A stretch of 64,000 nucleotides of DNA, taken from positions 8,939,408 to 9,003,407 of the forward strand of contig JBNZDD010013726.1 of the NCBI GenBank assembly GCA_050575255.1. Reading direction: 5' to 3'. Source of the stretch: Harriotta raleighana. Taxonomy: Eukaryota. Within the stretch, counting starts at the first letter, position 1. The number at the start of each line of letters is the position of its first letter. The position numbers and the translations under genes are program-made. This document shows positions 1-13,594 of this stretch, piece by piece. The notes under the pieces were generated by a model. It worked only from the letters and a program-made list of their open reading frames with translations. It was not told the DNA's origin and did not search any database.

Positions 1-181
1 AAACTAAAATCAGAGAAGTAGGTCTGAACACAGAGAGTGGATGCTTCAATGTGATTACACATTATTTAAAAAATCCTGCAAAAAAATGTTTTAATCAATA
101 TTTATTTTTATCTAATTTACTGTTTAATACTTAGAAATACTTATTCATAATTAAATACAAAAATGCTGGCTTTGCTTCCAG

Positions 182-307
182 TTACTTACAGTCAACCCTG
201 AGCATCGAGTCGCCAGCCTTTCAGAGATTCAGAGCTGCCCCTACTTAACTGATGTCGACTGGGATGCAGTTTACGAAAAGAAGATGGAACCTGGCTTTGT
301 TCCAAAT
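182..307 (+). CDS. STK32C: STK32C (YANK3) Ser/Thr kinase, internal exon (end of kinase domain); gene is 5'-truncated by the window edge
   Basis: ttccag/ acceptor and /gtaagc donor; 126 nt; translates LLTVNPEHRVASLSEIQSCPYLTDVDWDAVYEKKMEPGFVPN, matching recalled STK32C LLTVNPEHR...EPGFVPN. Confidence 0.93.
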
Positions 308-394
308 GTAAGCAAGATAATTCTGCACTAAATTAAATCAATTGATTCTGATCACCCAACCCACCAATTTTGCTAGATGTGACCCAAATGCTGA

Positions 395-637
<243 letters not shown>

Positions 638-1196
638 TAAACTAACTCAAACTGTGTGAGAGTGTGAGTGCGTGTGCTACAACAACAAAATCAGACTGGT
701 TTAGCGCCTTTCACGTCAGGAGAATGTCCAAGGAGCTGGACAGTCATTGTATGCATGAATGGACATATTGCATTGTTATGCGCGATTATACGCATTATTG
801 CTGAATCTTCTCAGGGCATGGCATTATATCTGGCTGCATAAAGCTCTGAAGTTTGAGAGTATTAGTGCAAAAGATAGGTGTTTGCTTCAGGAAATGGGGA
901 AGAGAGTTTCTTATAGGGTTCAGGGTCTTGGGACATCTTCCCGATGTGAAAGGCACTACATAAATGTGATTTATTGCTGTTATTGTTATACTTACTCATC
1001 ATTATGGCTGTTCTGCTCAAGTGATGAGTTTACTTGGTTCACTATTCATATGTGCTGTATGTAGATTTAAGAGGAAGTGACAGGCTTGAATGCATTGCCT
1101 ACGGTACAAATGGTAACAGTATGTAGGCAGTCAGGTAGCATTGTCTTATTTGCAATTCATATTCTTGTAATTATGTTCTCTTTCTTTCTCTAAAAG

Positions 1197-1264
1197 GATA
1201 ATGAGTATCTCCAGGAGTGTTTAGAAGTAGTGAGACAAGAATTTATGATCTTCAACAGAGAAAA
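1197..1264 (+). CDS. STK32C: STK32C penultimate exon
   Basis: Polypyrimidine tract + aag/ acceptor, /gtaagt donor; 68 nt; DNEYLQECLEVVRQEFMIFNRE(K). Confidence 0.93.
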
Positions 1265-3109
1265 GTAAGTATGGTAAGAGCATTTTATCATTAATCTTGA
1301 AGCTACAGTGCAAATTAGACTGCACTTGAAGAATTCAGTTGTCTGAAACGAAACAAGATGCTAATCCCCAAAATTGCATTCATCCAGGTAATTTTATAAC
1401 TGTTGTACGGTTTATTGAAATAGTTATTTGGAATGTATTAAAACATTAATACCTGTACATGAATCCATTAAAACATGAATTAACTTGACTCATACGAGAG
1501 CATGAACTAATGCTGTTTGGAATACTAGTGTAACTCTACCCATGGTGGAGAACAGCAGGTTAACCATTGGCTCTGTCAATGGAGAATCAGCGAAAAGTCC
1601 CCATTTATGCTTCTGTTTGACAGAGTTATGTTTGATTATCCAGTTATGGGTTTTAACCAGTCGAGCAATTATCAGTGCATGTACTCGGTACTGAACAATA
1701 CGGATTATTCTGTTTGGGATCTTTTGTTTGATGAATTGTGCCTGAGACACAGTTGGGAGTCCCATTCTGTCAGGGCAGGGTATCAGACTGAACTCTGCGA
1801 GAGAAATGCCGAGGGCAAAAACTCTACTGCGTCAGGATCAATCCCAGCTCCCAACTGGCTTTGTTCCCGCACACAAAGAGGAGCATCAAATCAGAGATCT
1901 TTGCAACCTGGAGCTCTGCTGCGGCTGCTAATGCTGTTTTTACTGCCGCTGACCACTGAAGAAAAACAAGTCACCGATGATATAAACACGGGTATTGATT
2001 AAAGCCAGCAGGAAAATGCAGCCTATAAGTAATCAGTAACGTACCTGCAAAGCAAATTTGTTCTCGGTGGTTAAAAAAACAGTTAAATATCAACTTGACG
2101 TGGGTTGTTTAGATTTTGCCAAATTAAAACCAGCTCCATTTTAGCAGGAATATTCTCTGTGCGAATCTGTCGTTCAGTTTATTTCAATGTAAATATTTTT
2201 AAATGCCTAGGGAGAAAAATCAATGCAAAGTTTTACCAAGATCAAAACCTACAGTTTGGACTGGCAGCTGTCTTCCTTTTAGAAAATGGTAATGACACGG
2301 GTTTAATCTTTGACTAGGTGAAGCATCGTTCTCAATCTTTGTCTTCTGCTGATTTAGTCCTGCACAACTCCGAATAAGTAGAATGAAATTTCCTTGTGTG
2401 ATTTGGAATTAAGGTGCGAATGGTGGAGATAACTCCAGGTAACCTGTGGATTTGTTCAGTAAATATCCCTAAATGAGTCTGTGGTATTTTTTTTTTGTTC
2501 ATTGGATTAAGTTGCCCAAATCATCCTATTTATTCATTCATTTTTTCAAAGCAATCTTGTAGATTCTCCATGACATAAATTAATGTTGGAGGGCAATGGT
2601 GATTGACTCAGATATTGAGTATTGAGTCTTTGAAATGAGTTTGCTTTCCATCAGTGATGTCAATGTAATCGAGTGCTTTAAAAATGCAAGTTTTGTTTCT
2701 GATTACAATCAGAAAGGTTTCAAACTCATCCAAGGGTGTTTTTTTTTTTTTTTGTTTTTTCCCCATGTTGTGTAAGTATTTGCTCCGTTGTCTTTTTTCC
2801 TCTGGAGACGAGAAGGAAAAAGATAAGCTTCAGTTGCCTAAAATCAGACTGCTCACTGATGTCAAGGATAAGAAGTTAAGCACACAGTGAGCAGGTCTCT
2901 TTTGTGTAAATCATCTTTTATCTGTTGTTTAGTTGCTGTTATGGGTGATGTGCAGGGCTTCACAGGGAAGCATTACAGACATCAATATTGGAAGAATGGG
3001 TTCACTCAACTAAAATGTATCTGGGACATACTTAGAGATAAACATTTACAATTTATAATACCACAAAGACCTGGAGTTACCATCTGCTTTAATATTCAAA
3101 CTGGCTTAA

Positions 3110-3598
3110 AGGTGCAGTGCTCCCCTTAACGTATGATTCAAACATGCTTTGTAAGGTACCCTGTTTTCTTAAATTACTTTCCAATTTCCCTTATGTAGTG
3201 GTATAGTTTGCCTTTTTTATTTACCATTTAAGCTATCAGTCAAACTTGTGCAGACTGGGAGTTTGTGGTTCTAGTAAAATGCTAACCCTATGTACATCTC
3301 TGAATTGTATTAATATTCGAAGAAGGAATCTGAGACCTTACAGAGATAATACGTAGATAAACTAAATTAGCATTTTTTGAGTTTTGCTGATGTCTGCACA
3401 GAATTGTAATTGAATATTTCTCTTTGTTAAAGCATCATTGTTGTTCATCTTGTTCCAGAGGTGGGTTTTTCCAGACTCCTAATAACCTGTGACTCACAGA
3501 CAGTAAAATTTGGTTTTGATTTCTCTGAAAATAAGATTCTTAAAAAGCAAAGCTCTTTAAAACCGTATCATGAAAGCCTATTATGGGGCACTGCATCT
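3110..3598. mobile_element. Non-autonomous DNA transposon/MITE, Kolobok-like
   Basis: TTAA followed by AGGTGCAGTGCTCCCC at the left end; GGGGCACTGCATCT (near reverse complement) at the right end; internal ctgggagtttgtggttc motif. Confidence 0.55.
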
Positions 3599-4482
3599 TA
3601 CTTTCACAATAATCCAATTAGCCTTTCATCTCTGCTACAACCCTGTATAAACTCAAGTATTCCTTCAAGATAAAATCATAACAGATCAGACTGCAGTGAT
3701 CTCCGTTAACTACCCAACATTCATGAACAATATTACATTTACTTTCCTCATTCGCGTTTCACATTTCCTTGGTCTGGGGTGTTTTCAGTGAGAATAGGGC
3801 TACTGTATTCTGGTAATATTCTTAACTGCTTAATTGCCACCCCTTCAAAAATCACACATATCCTAATTTGTTGTAATCTGTTAATCACCCTTTCCCTCTT
3901 CCCCCACGAGGGCTTTTTCTGAACAGGAAAGGATCAGTTTCTATGTCAACAATGGTTATTATACCAGAATAATAATCCTTGCATTCACTAAATGCTCCAT
4001 TAATAATCCTTGCACTTGATGTATATTGCTCCATCACTGCACATCGTAACAATAATGATTCTATAACAGAATAATTACTCTGTTAAGATGATGATCTGGA
4101 TCTGAAGATTTCATCATCATGCTTCATTTGGAATGAGGGCCACACAGAGATACTGAACGTCACCATTAACGAAGAGCTCACCTATTCCAGCTCTGGATTC
4201 TAAAGTCCCCAGCTTACAATTACATTTATAAATAAGGACCTGCAGTCTCTGTGGAAAATCTGGCCTCAGAAAATCAGAACATGCTTTTTTTTAAAACCAT
4301 TCAAGGATCTACACAATTTAATAACGTGTGTACTTTGATGGTTAATCCACTTTTTTTTTATGTTACCACCAAAAAACTGAACCTTTGCTGTTCGCACCTT
4401 AATTAATTTGGTCAAGGGATGGTGGTTGAGCTAACAGTAACATGGTTTCAATTATCGTCTGCTTTTTAAAAACTGAATACAG

Positions 4483-4609
4483 GTTGAAAAAAAGGCCGGG
4501 AGAGCTGACACCATCTGTATCAAGAGCTGAAGCGGTTGCTGAAGATGAAGGTGAAAGTGGAAATCTGCACATGTGTAGCTCAGTCTGTTCTTCTACAAGT
4601 AGCAGCTAG
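4483..4609 (+). CDS. STK32C: STK32C last coding exon with stop
   Basis: tacag/ acceptor; phase 2 completes Lys; LKKRPGELTPSVSRAEAVAEDEGESGNLHMCSSVCSSTSSS* (TAG 4607-4609), similar to recalled STK32C tail EDEAE..LPMCGPICPS. Confidence 0.88.
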
Positions 4610-5932
4610 AACTGAGGTTAGGCTGCTCTTTCCATTTGTCTTAACGTTTCTCAGGCTGCTTCACTGGGCTAGTAAGCTTAACAAAACTTTTCAACAGCGT
4701 TTGAAAACAAATCGTCCATGGAACAGTTTTTAGAAGTCGAGTGAATCATAGGGGAGGAAAAAAAGAGCATTGCTCAGTGAATTTACTTAATGTATTTTAG
4801 AAAGGAATGGAACAGTAAACTGATGATTCTCACTGAATTGAAAAATAGATATTCTCTATGCAACCATCTTATGGCACATCATGTCATGAATTTAACAGGA
4901 ATTTGAATGCTTTAAAACAAGCTCTATCTGTACTTCTCATTATTTAGTTTTTGTGCTTTGACAATAATATCTTGCTAACGTGAAAATCTTGATTTAGGAA
5001 GGACAATTGCATGTAAAATATATTATTCATACAAATTTGGCACAAAAACAGATTGATAACTTACGGTGATTTTATTACACACAAGAAATTGTCAGAAGTA
5101 TTGTCGGACTACATTACAGTACATTAGAAATAAAGAATGATTTCTATAGCTTCAGAATCTTTCATACAGGGGAAGGGAGGGAAGGGTTGGGAGTTATTGT
5201 ACTGAAAGGTTTTATTTGTAAATAGTAACAGTGTTTCATATCCACAGTTTTATGTGGAAAGCTTTGATAGGAAAAAGTGTTATTAAACCAAATTTTCATA
5301 CAAGAGCTTACACTGTTTCTCAAAAAAAAACAGATGTGCAGGCACAACTTATGGGTGAGATAGCCAAAGCCTTTATATAGCACTGCCATTTTCATTACAA
5401 ACATGCAATTAGCTGTAATCCATTAGCATATTACCCAATGACTTGAAATGATAATAATACTCAATTTGTTACATCAAGTGCATACTGTCGCTTGGAATGA
5501 TGTACAGCGTGATCAGCTACAAAATGTTTTAGCAAAGTAGAAAAAAATGAATGAAATACCCATTATTAGTGTATGGTATCATAGTTGCTTAATGCAATAG
5601 GCTATTATAATTGATAGAAGAGAATCCTTAAAAGATTTTCTGAGACTGAGCATCAGCAGTCATGTAGCTCAATTTGCTTGAAGATACCAAGACATCATTC
5701 AGAGATAACCACAAACAGTAAATTATATTTTAAGAACCTTCTGTATGTATTCAAATGTTATTTATGTATTTTTGTTGCATGGACAGTATATTGTTTTGGA
5801 TTAAAGTCTGGTTTATCCAAATTACTTCAATTGAAACAAAGGTTTTCAAGAAAAAGGATGTATCTCCGCATTATTTGAGATGTTGAATTTTTAATATTGA
5901 AAGAAATGGAGCATGATCCAGTTTCTTGCTGT

Positions 5933-6008
5933 AATAAACCACATGCAAATAAATTTGTTCTTGTACATAACATTGATTTAGAGTTGTATATTTATTGCAC
6001 AGAATAAA
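5933..6008 (+). terminator. Cluster of AATAAA polyadenylation signals, likely STK32C 3' end
   Basis: AATAAA at 5933, 5948 and 6003, about 1.3-1.4 kb after the stop, in AT-rich UTR-like sequence; another AATAAA at 5129. Confidence 0.55.
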
Positions 6009-6856
6009 TAGTGCCTTGGCTTTCAAAACATGAAATTAATTTAAGATGGAAGGTGGCTTAAGGTCACTTCAAAAGGTTGAAATCCTACTTTTCAAGTCGA
6101 GTTGACCTCCAATTTACTTCAGTCGAATTAATAACAAACCCAGGGTGGATTTGAATGTAATATCGCAGCACATAATGAAGCACTACAGTAGACAGTAATG
6201 TAATGTCCGTAATTCATTGTGCAGGATTTGATCCTAATCTGACTGAATTCTGGAATTGTAGTTTAGGATTGTTCAAAGGGTTTTGCAGTGGTTTCTATTA
6301 ACTTTTGAAATACAGCAGTAGCAAAAGGCGGCAGTCAATAAATAAGAATGGAGGTGGTGGGGAGGAGGGAATTGTGACCAGTAAAGTTAGTGTGAACAAA
6401 AGCAGCAATTACTGCACATGAATGCTGGCCACAGCTCTTCAGTTCCATATCAAAAGGAAACTGGAAAACGCTCGAGGAGTGCTCATTTCAACTTGGCCAC
6501 GTATACATTCAGTCAATTTATTAGTTCATGTGTAACCCCATTCCCCTTTGGGCCTTCAGACTTCATTAGTGGATGTAGTGGTTTCAGCCTGTGCCACGAT
6601 ATTGGCTTCAGGACAGTCTGTGGACTGCATCAGTCATCCTGGAAGCCACCGAGCACAACTCTGGCACCAAGGCAGCGACTTCAGTGGCTCTTAGCAGAGT
6701 TGTTGCCAGCAGATCAGTGTGCAGCCCGACTACTTTATATTGATTTTCAAAACAATGTCTGATGTTACAGTGATCACGTTCATGAATGCAAATCCGTGTG
6801 GATTTGATGGTACAGAATGACGAAGGAAATGCCGTGACCAAGTGGGTTGGAGACCT

Positions 6857-7131
6857 GGAACCCTGTAGCTCAGTGGTTAGAGCACTCGCCTTACAAGCAA
6901 GTTTCCTTACTTCGTATGCCTAATAATAATCCCTCAAGAAAAACAATAATAGTTTGGACATTTCAATCCACGACTGTTTGTGGAACACTGCTGTGTGGAA
7001 TTGGCTGCCGCGTTTCGCCCATTTACTGTATATACAATCAATTCACTTCACAGAATATTCTGTAAAGCACTTTGAGATGTCTAGAAGACGTGAAAAATGC
7101 TATATCAAATGCAAGGATTATTATTATTATT
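6857..7131 (+). mobile_element. tRNA-derived SINE with L2-like tail (internally deleted)
   Basis: A-box TAGCTCAGTGGTTAGAGC head; tail gtgaaaaatgctatatcaaatgcaagg(att)n; more than 10 related copies in the window. Confidence 0.9.
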
Positions 7132-10100
7132 GTATGTTCTTCAACAGTAACTAATGAGAATGTATTACTCTCTCCCATCGTTCAATTTCTCATGTCTTCC
7201 TGGTTCCAGTGATATATACTGACATCTGTGCAGCTCAAAGTCACTGCTAAAGTTACAAAACTGTATTTTGTGTTAATATAGATTACATTTAATGTCTAAC
7301 GAAAGGGTAGGAAATAACAAGATATAAAACAACATAATTACTGAGTTCCCTATCAGCTTCAATGGATTAGTGTTCACCCTTGTGAACTCACTCACTCACT
7401 CACTCACAATCTCTCAACACAGGCTGCATAATGTCTACTTGTTAGATTTATCTCAGATGCTTACTGAACCATTCAACTCACTTCACTTCAGTAAATTTTT
7501 CGGAGCTGTTTTAAAGTATGTTGAGAAGATTTGGAAAATCATTATTTTTACAATATTTATTATGAAATATTTTTACAGCCAAAAAAATCCCTCTAAATAA
7601 TGAAACTTGAACGGCAGCAAAGAATGGCATTATACTGTACATCTGTGTGTAGAGGAAATAAAACAATTCAACATATTTTAACTGATGTTTGGCTTTACTT
7701 AGGCATACGTAAGTATTCTCACCGTATCCCCTAGCAACTTCACAAGGGATTGTGTGAAGAGGTGACACTCTATGCCACAGCAAGATGCTGCAGAGTCCAG
7801 AAGATGTATCGTTTTACTCATAGAGTGTTTGGATAAAGATGTATTTAAATAGAGGTGTGGATACAGTGTTGAGTCAGTAATATCAGTGCCTGAGATTCCA
7901 GGAAATGGCAATTTTGCTTTTTAATCCCCTTCACGACTAACAATTAAAAACCTTTTGCGTAATTCTTACATTGCTCTAAATGGACAAATCGACAGAAAAA
8001 ACGTACAAGGAATATTTATCTGCAAACCTCTGAATGTACTTTAACAATAATAAGAATAATCCTTTAGTAATGTGGAAAGCCTCTTCAATATTTTGAGGCA
8101 ATTATGGATTACAGATTGCTTTAAAAGCACTCTGGTTTCTAGAATCAATGCCCAGAATTCTTCATCAGTCCAGAGTCATTCCTAAGCGATTGAATTGGTT
8201 CACTGGTGCCTGAATCAGAGCTCCTTTGGGAATTTCCACACAGGGAAAGCAGAATGTAAATGGTATAAATTGTTCAATCACAGTTTTCAATGGATGACCA
8301 AGGATCAATTGACTCACTAAAGCGTCATTTACAAAGGTTTATTTTCATTGAAGTCGCACATAAAGAGTACTTTAAAATAATGACTCAGGGCCTCATACAC
8401 ATATGAATCTGCTTCCATGTTTTAAATAGATAGAGGTTGGGTGTCCCAATCAATTGTACAGCTAAGCACAATCTGAATACATTCCTTCTGAGTTTCTGCT
8501 ATAAGTAGATGGATAATGGCTTGGCAGTGAGTATTTGTATTCTGGTAGTCACTGTCAGAAAGTGAATTAAAAACAGCTGATATTACAGTCAGAAGATAGC
8601 TAAGCCAATACTGATCACATCACTTTCTACAAGTGTAATCTGCCTCAATATCTGATTTGTAGTTGATCACAATGAGAAGAGCATTGTGATATGATCCATG
8701 GGGCTGTTAATATGTTATACTGTCTATCTGACAATTCAGAGGAAAAAGTGCAAAGGTACGTTTGATGTATGCAACAGCACTCTTTCGTGAAACCCAGGTC
8801 CTTATTCTATTGCCATATAAATTACAGAATAATAATAATAATACTTTAATTTATATAAAATCCAATATCAATTCACTGAATCCATTCATACTTACAACAA
8901 GCCTGATGTCTATGTTTAAAAAGCTGTCTGTCTACTTGATATATTGATTATATGGGAAGTTTAATGCTTTGAGTAAAAATAAAGCTATTCTTGTTTAGAA
9001 AATGCAGCAGGAAATAAATGCTTTGTGGCTTTATATATTTTTCCCTTTCATACCGACATTTTTTTTGTTCTCATTAAGGTAAGAGATATTGATTCTGGGA
9101 AACTGAATTTTGACATAAAGAATCATTTGCAGCAGGTGGCAGGCTTTGTGCAGAAAGCAATCAGAATTATTAACGCAGTTTGTGCTTAGACGTCTATAAC
9201 TCAGATTCTAATCCCAGTATTAGTACAGAAGCCCCTGAGATGTGATATTCCACCTTGTCTAGCAATATTGGGACGTCCTCCCGACGTGAAAGGCGCTATA
9301 TAAATATAATTTTGATTGATTGATTGATATTTCAAAGTACAGTACAGTACTTCCAAAAAATTACTGGAGTAGGAATTTTCACCAATCCTGCAAAGGATTA
9401 GCTATATTCTCAATGTGCATCAGTGAATTCCTCGCTGTGTTTTGAAGTATGTCTGAGCGAGCTGATGGAAGAATACTTATGGAAGAATACTGATGGAAGA
9501 GTACATATACAAGTCATATGACTTTAGGCTTCAAATTCAGAATTGAGCTTAGATCATAGATTTTGGGAGTCTCACCCAGCATCTCACATTCCCCCCAAAA
9601 GGAAATATTACCTTGTTCATGTACAGAGTTTTCCAATATGTATTTTCCAAACCAGACAACTGTTGTTTTCTATAGGAACAAAATCTTTGATGTATCTGAT
9701 TTTTAAAAAATGGTCTGATGGTGTTAATTTCTCTCTTCCTCTTCAACCTCCTTTCTTTTCCTTCCCCTCCCCTCTCTCTCCCCCACTCCACATTGCACAC
9801 AAATTCTGTGGAGGAGGATGATGATTATAAATCCTATTACAGTATTTCCAGAGATCAAGCTTCTTTACAAAGTGTAACGAAGGCCCAAACTGCAATGGGT
9901 GGCATTCTCAGTGAGTTACGGAAACTAAATTTAAACCAGCTACGCGAGAAAAATGATTAAAATGTAGCATTTCCAATGTTACAATGATTAATTATTGGGA
10001 CCATAAAGTGAGGCCAAACTCCACAGCTGAATAAATTATGCAAATGAAAGCGTAATGAGCAGTAAAACATATTCTGTAGTCCATACCCACAAACCATACT

Positions 10101-11134
10101 TGCGGTATTAATATATTTCAAGTAATACCCTAATTGCAACAATCATTATCAGGCTATGCCTACTTTGAAATATATTATGATCAAAAAGCCAGAAACCATA
10201 CCTTTCAGATTGATTTTCTTCTCTGAATGAATGTAAAATCAGTTTATTTTCATTTGATTTACTTTGATTAATTACCTGCACACTGGTTTCATAAATTTCA
10301 TCAAATTGTGGTGTGAACTGCACTGAGAAAGACTAAACAGCAAAATAAAAGGCTCCAAAAATTATGGGGATGAATTGGAATTTGGGATTTGTTTTAAAAA
10401 CAGCATCAAATAAAATAATTCTTTCTGCTTGGTCATAGACTGTTTTATTTGTTATGATTCAAAGGTCTTTTCAACGTTTTCAACTGCACTAGAATAGCAT
10501 CACCTACTGGTGGCTTTTTAACAGCCTATTAAATGACTGTTTTATAAAATGCAACCCAATTCCCATTTAAAAAAATCCTAGAATTCATTCAGTGAAAATT
10601 AAAAATAATATGACAATCTGGGGCCAATTCATGAATAATGAAACTAAAGGAAAATACATTGTATTGTGATGCAGTAAATTGTATAGATTCTAAATGTAGA
10701 TTAAAATAAATACACACTGGTTATTCTCATTGTAGAAATCTAAACAACTACTTAAGCCAAAATGTATTATTGTTAATAATAAGCTTTGCGTTTGGATGAG
10801 TGTATTTCACGTCAGAGGGATGTCTCAGTGCTGCATGGGATTCAATGTGAGGTGTAGTGACTATATATTTGTCAGTGAACATAGCAACCCAATTGCAGGC
10901 AGCAATTTCCCTCAAAAAGCAATTAAGCAAATGGCCAATTCATTTGGGGGAATTGTTGGCCAGAACACTGCACCAGAATAAATGCTCTGCATTTTATACA
11001 TTGGAATTTGGTTTATTGAATATCATGTAGTTATCTATTGTGGTTCCAGTACCTATTAGATAATTAGATCTTGGATCATTAGGCAGTTGCTGATGCACAG
11101 ACGTGCATCCTATCTACTCACCACAGGATAACTA

Positions 11135-11805
11135 CAACAACAAACAACCAACAAAATTATATTTATAGAGTGCATTTCACATCGGAAGGACGTCCCATAG
11201 CGCTGAACAGTCAGAGGTCAGGACCCGAGCATGGGAGAGTGGTAGAGTAGGAGGTAGGGGCAGGCTAGGAAGTAGGGGCAGGATCGAAAAGGAGGGTCTT
11301 GAGACCAGCCTTGAAGGAGTCAAGGGAGAAAATGAGGCGAAGGGCCTGTGTAATGGAGTTTCAGACTGTGGGGGCAGAGAGTCTGAAAANCAGGCTAGGA
11401 AGTAGGGGCAGGATCGAAAAGGAGGGTCTTGAGACCAGCCTTGAAGGAGTCAAGGGAGAAAATGAGGTGAAGGGCCTGTGTAATGGAGTTCCAGACTGTG
11501 GGGGCAGAGAGTCTGAAAACCTGGCCACTGAGGGTAGGGCGGGTGACATGGAGCAGATCGGAGCCCGCTGAATGGAGGGGGTGGGTAGATTGCTACCGGG
11601 TGGGTAGCNCAGACTGTGGGGGCAGAGAGTCTGAAAGCCTGGCCACTGAGGGTAGGGCGGGTGACATGGAGCAGATCGGAGCCCGCTGAATGGAGGGGGT
11701 GGGTAGATTGGTAGGGAGTCAGCAGGTCGAAGAAATAGGAAGAAGCAAGGCCTTGAATGGCCTTGAAAGTGAAAACAAGGATCTTGAATTTGATTCTCTG
11801 GGGGG
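11135..11805 (-). mobile_element. L2 LINE 3' fragment (ORF2 C-terminus + 3' UTR), partly duplicated by the assembly
   Basis: Minus-strand ORF gives QRIKFKILVFTFKAIQGLASSYFFDLLTPY..HPLHS, typical of the L2 ORF2 end; tail gggacgtccttccgatgtgaaatgcactctataaat(ttg)n; duplications flank the Ns at 11390 and 11609. Confidence 0.85.
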
Positions 11806-12630
11806 ACAAAATACTACTGAGAGTCAATGTCACTAGTCGTGTCACTAAACAGTGAGATGGCTTTGATTGCCTGTTCCTCTACATTTCCAGTCTAGGCTTT
11901 GGCACCAAGGCGAGCATCCAAACTCAAGTATGGAATCAGAAAATACCATTTGAACTACAGGTATTAGGAAACATAATGAAAGCTCATTTCTTTAGGAAGG
12001 ATAAAAATACAGGCGAACCTATCCTCTTCCTAGCAGTAAAAAAAACTTTTCAACTCTTGCATCATGATAATTGGTTAGTCAGTAATGTGATTTTTGAGCA
12101 ACAGCAATAAACAAGTCAAAGGATAATGTCCCTTTAAGAGTTAATGCCTGTGTGCACATTAAATGATGGCCATTTCCTGTGGGAGAAGGTGAATGATTTT
12201 CAGTGAAGTAGATTGCCAGTAATTGCTGCTCTAAAGGTAAATGGGAGATTTAAAATTAATTTAATGTAATTTGAATGTCTTGTGGTCTTTTCGAGCTTTC
12301 AGTTGATGACAATCAGTCAAGCCTTCAGTTTACGATAGGAGTTTTACCATCATTGTTTCTGTTGACTTGTTGTTTAGACCATTTTTATTTGGGAGGATTG
12401 CTGCATTTTGTGATCATGTGATCCCTGACAGCTGAACTGGGATGGGATGCTGGAAGAGCAATGTCTGGCGAGCTTCCGATGCTTGTAAATTAGGATCACC
12501 CAACCCATTACCGGGCTTTGACTTCCGGGATTAACTGTAGTGAGTGGGGGAAAAAACCTCTGTACGCACAGACCAGTCTGCTGAAGATGAGGGAACATCA
12601 GAGTCAAAACCTTTTCGTTTTATGTAACAA

Positions 12631-13594
12631 TTTATTTGATAAAGACGGACCATTCAGTTGAAACAACATAACTTTACAAAGTTTTGAGGCTTGCTTATAT
12701 GCTATAAACCTCGCCGGTTTTGTGTTCAGAACTCTTGATGTGAAAATCTGAACACACTGGCCCGCTTGCGATCAAATCTGGATTGCACTGTGGATGCCCA
12801 TTGACACTGGAGTATGTTCCAACGAGGAGTTGAACTTTCAGATTTAAGCACTTTTTCTTTACAATTTATTTGTGTTCAATTTAGACTGAAATAAGCGAGC
12901 AATTTACTCACTGCATTGTAGCCAATTTTTACTTAATGGACATTTGTTTAAGTTAAGCCTAAATCAATTTGATTCAAATGTATTTAGCTGTGGCCAATCT
13001 ATTTTCCACCATCGAATCAAGTACGAGTAGCAAATTAGTAGGGCCATGATAACCTGAAGAACAAGCCCTTGTCCCAGAAAGTTTATCGCACCAGGTTAAT
13101 TTGACATCTTCTAACCACCTAATACAAGTCTAATACACATGGGTAATGGCTTTAGTTCAAAGACACTTTTCTAGGACTATAGTGTGCTCCAATTGAGATC
13201 AACGTTTCTTTTTTCAGTTTACAATCTCAAACTATAAGACAATCCAGACAATGAGGCCATAATTGCAGAAATTAGATGACGCTAATAATGAAGCTGCCAT
13301 AACATTACAATTTTACATCTTCAAGCCTTCGCAAAAGTTCAAGGTATATTAGTGACATTCAGCAAAAGAAAACATGGTAACCATACAAGACAACACCACT
13401 GCATTTTAAGATATTACAATTCGCTTTGTTCAAAGATGGTATTATTTTGAAAAGTTGTGCTGTGTGGATACGATTTCTGAAAAGTTTCAAATTCAGGTCT
13501 TTCCAAACGTAAACGTAACGTGATGATGAACTTGATTAGTACCCCATGCAGTAAGCACCTTCCTGTATGTTTGCGGGTTTTATTACAATTTATT
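12631..13594 (-). terminator. Candidate DPYSL4 polyadenylation signals (AATAAA on - strand)
   Basis: TTTATT on + at 12631, 12865, 13579 and 13589, 0.8-1.8 kb downstream of the DPYSL4 stop. Confidence 0.5.

Noticed and set aside
6954-7154. Recurrent short ORFs containing [29 protein letters not shown]
   Set aside because: Chance translations of the SINE 3' region, not a protein family
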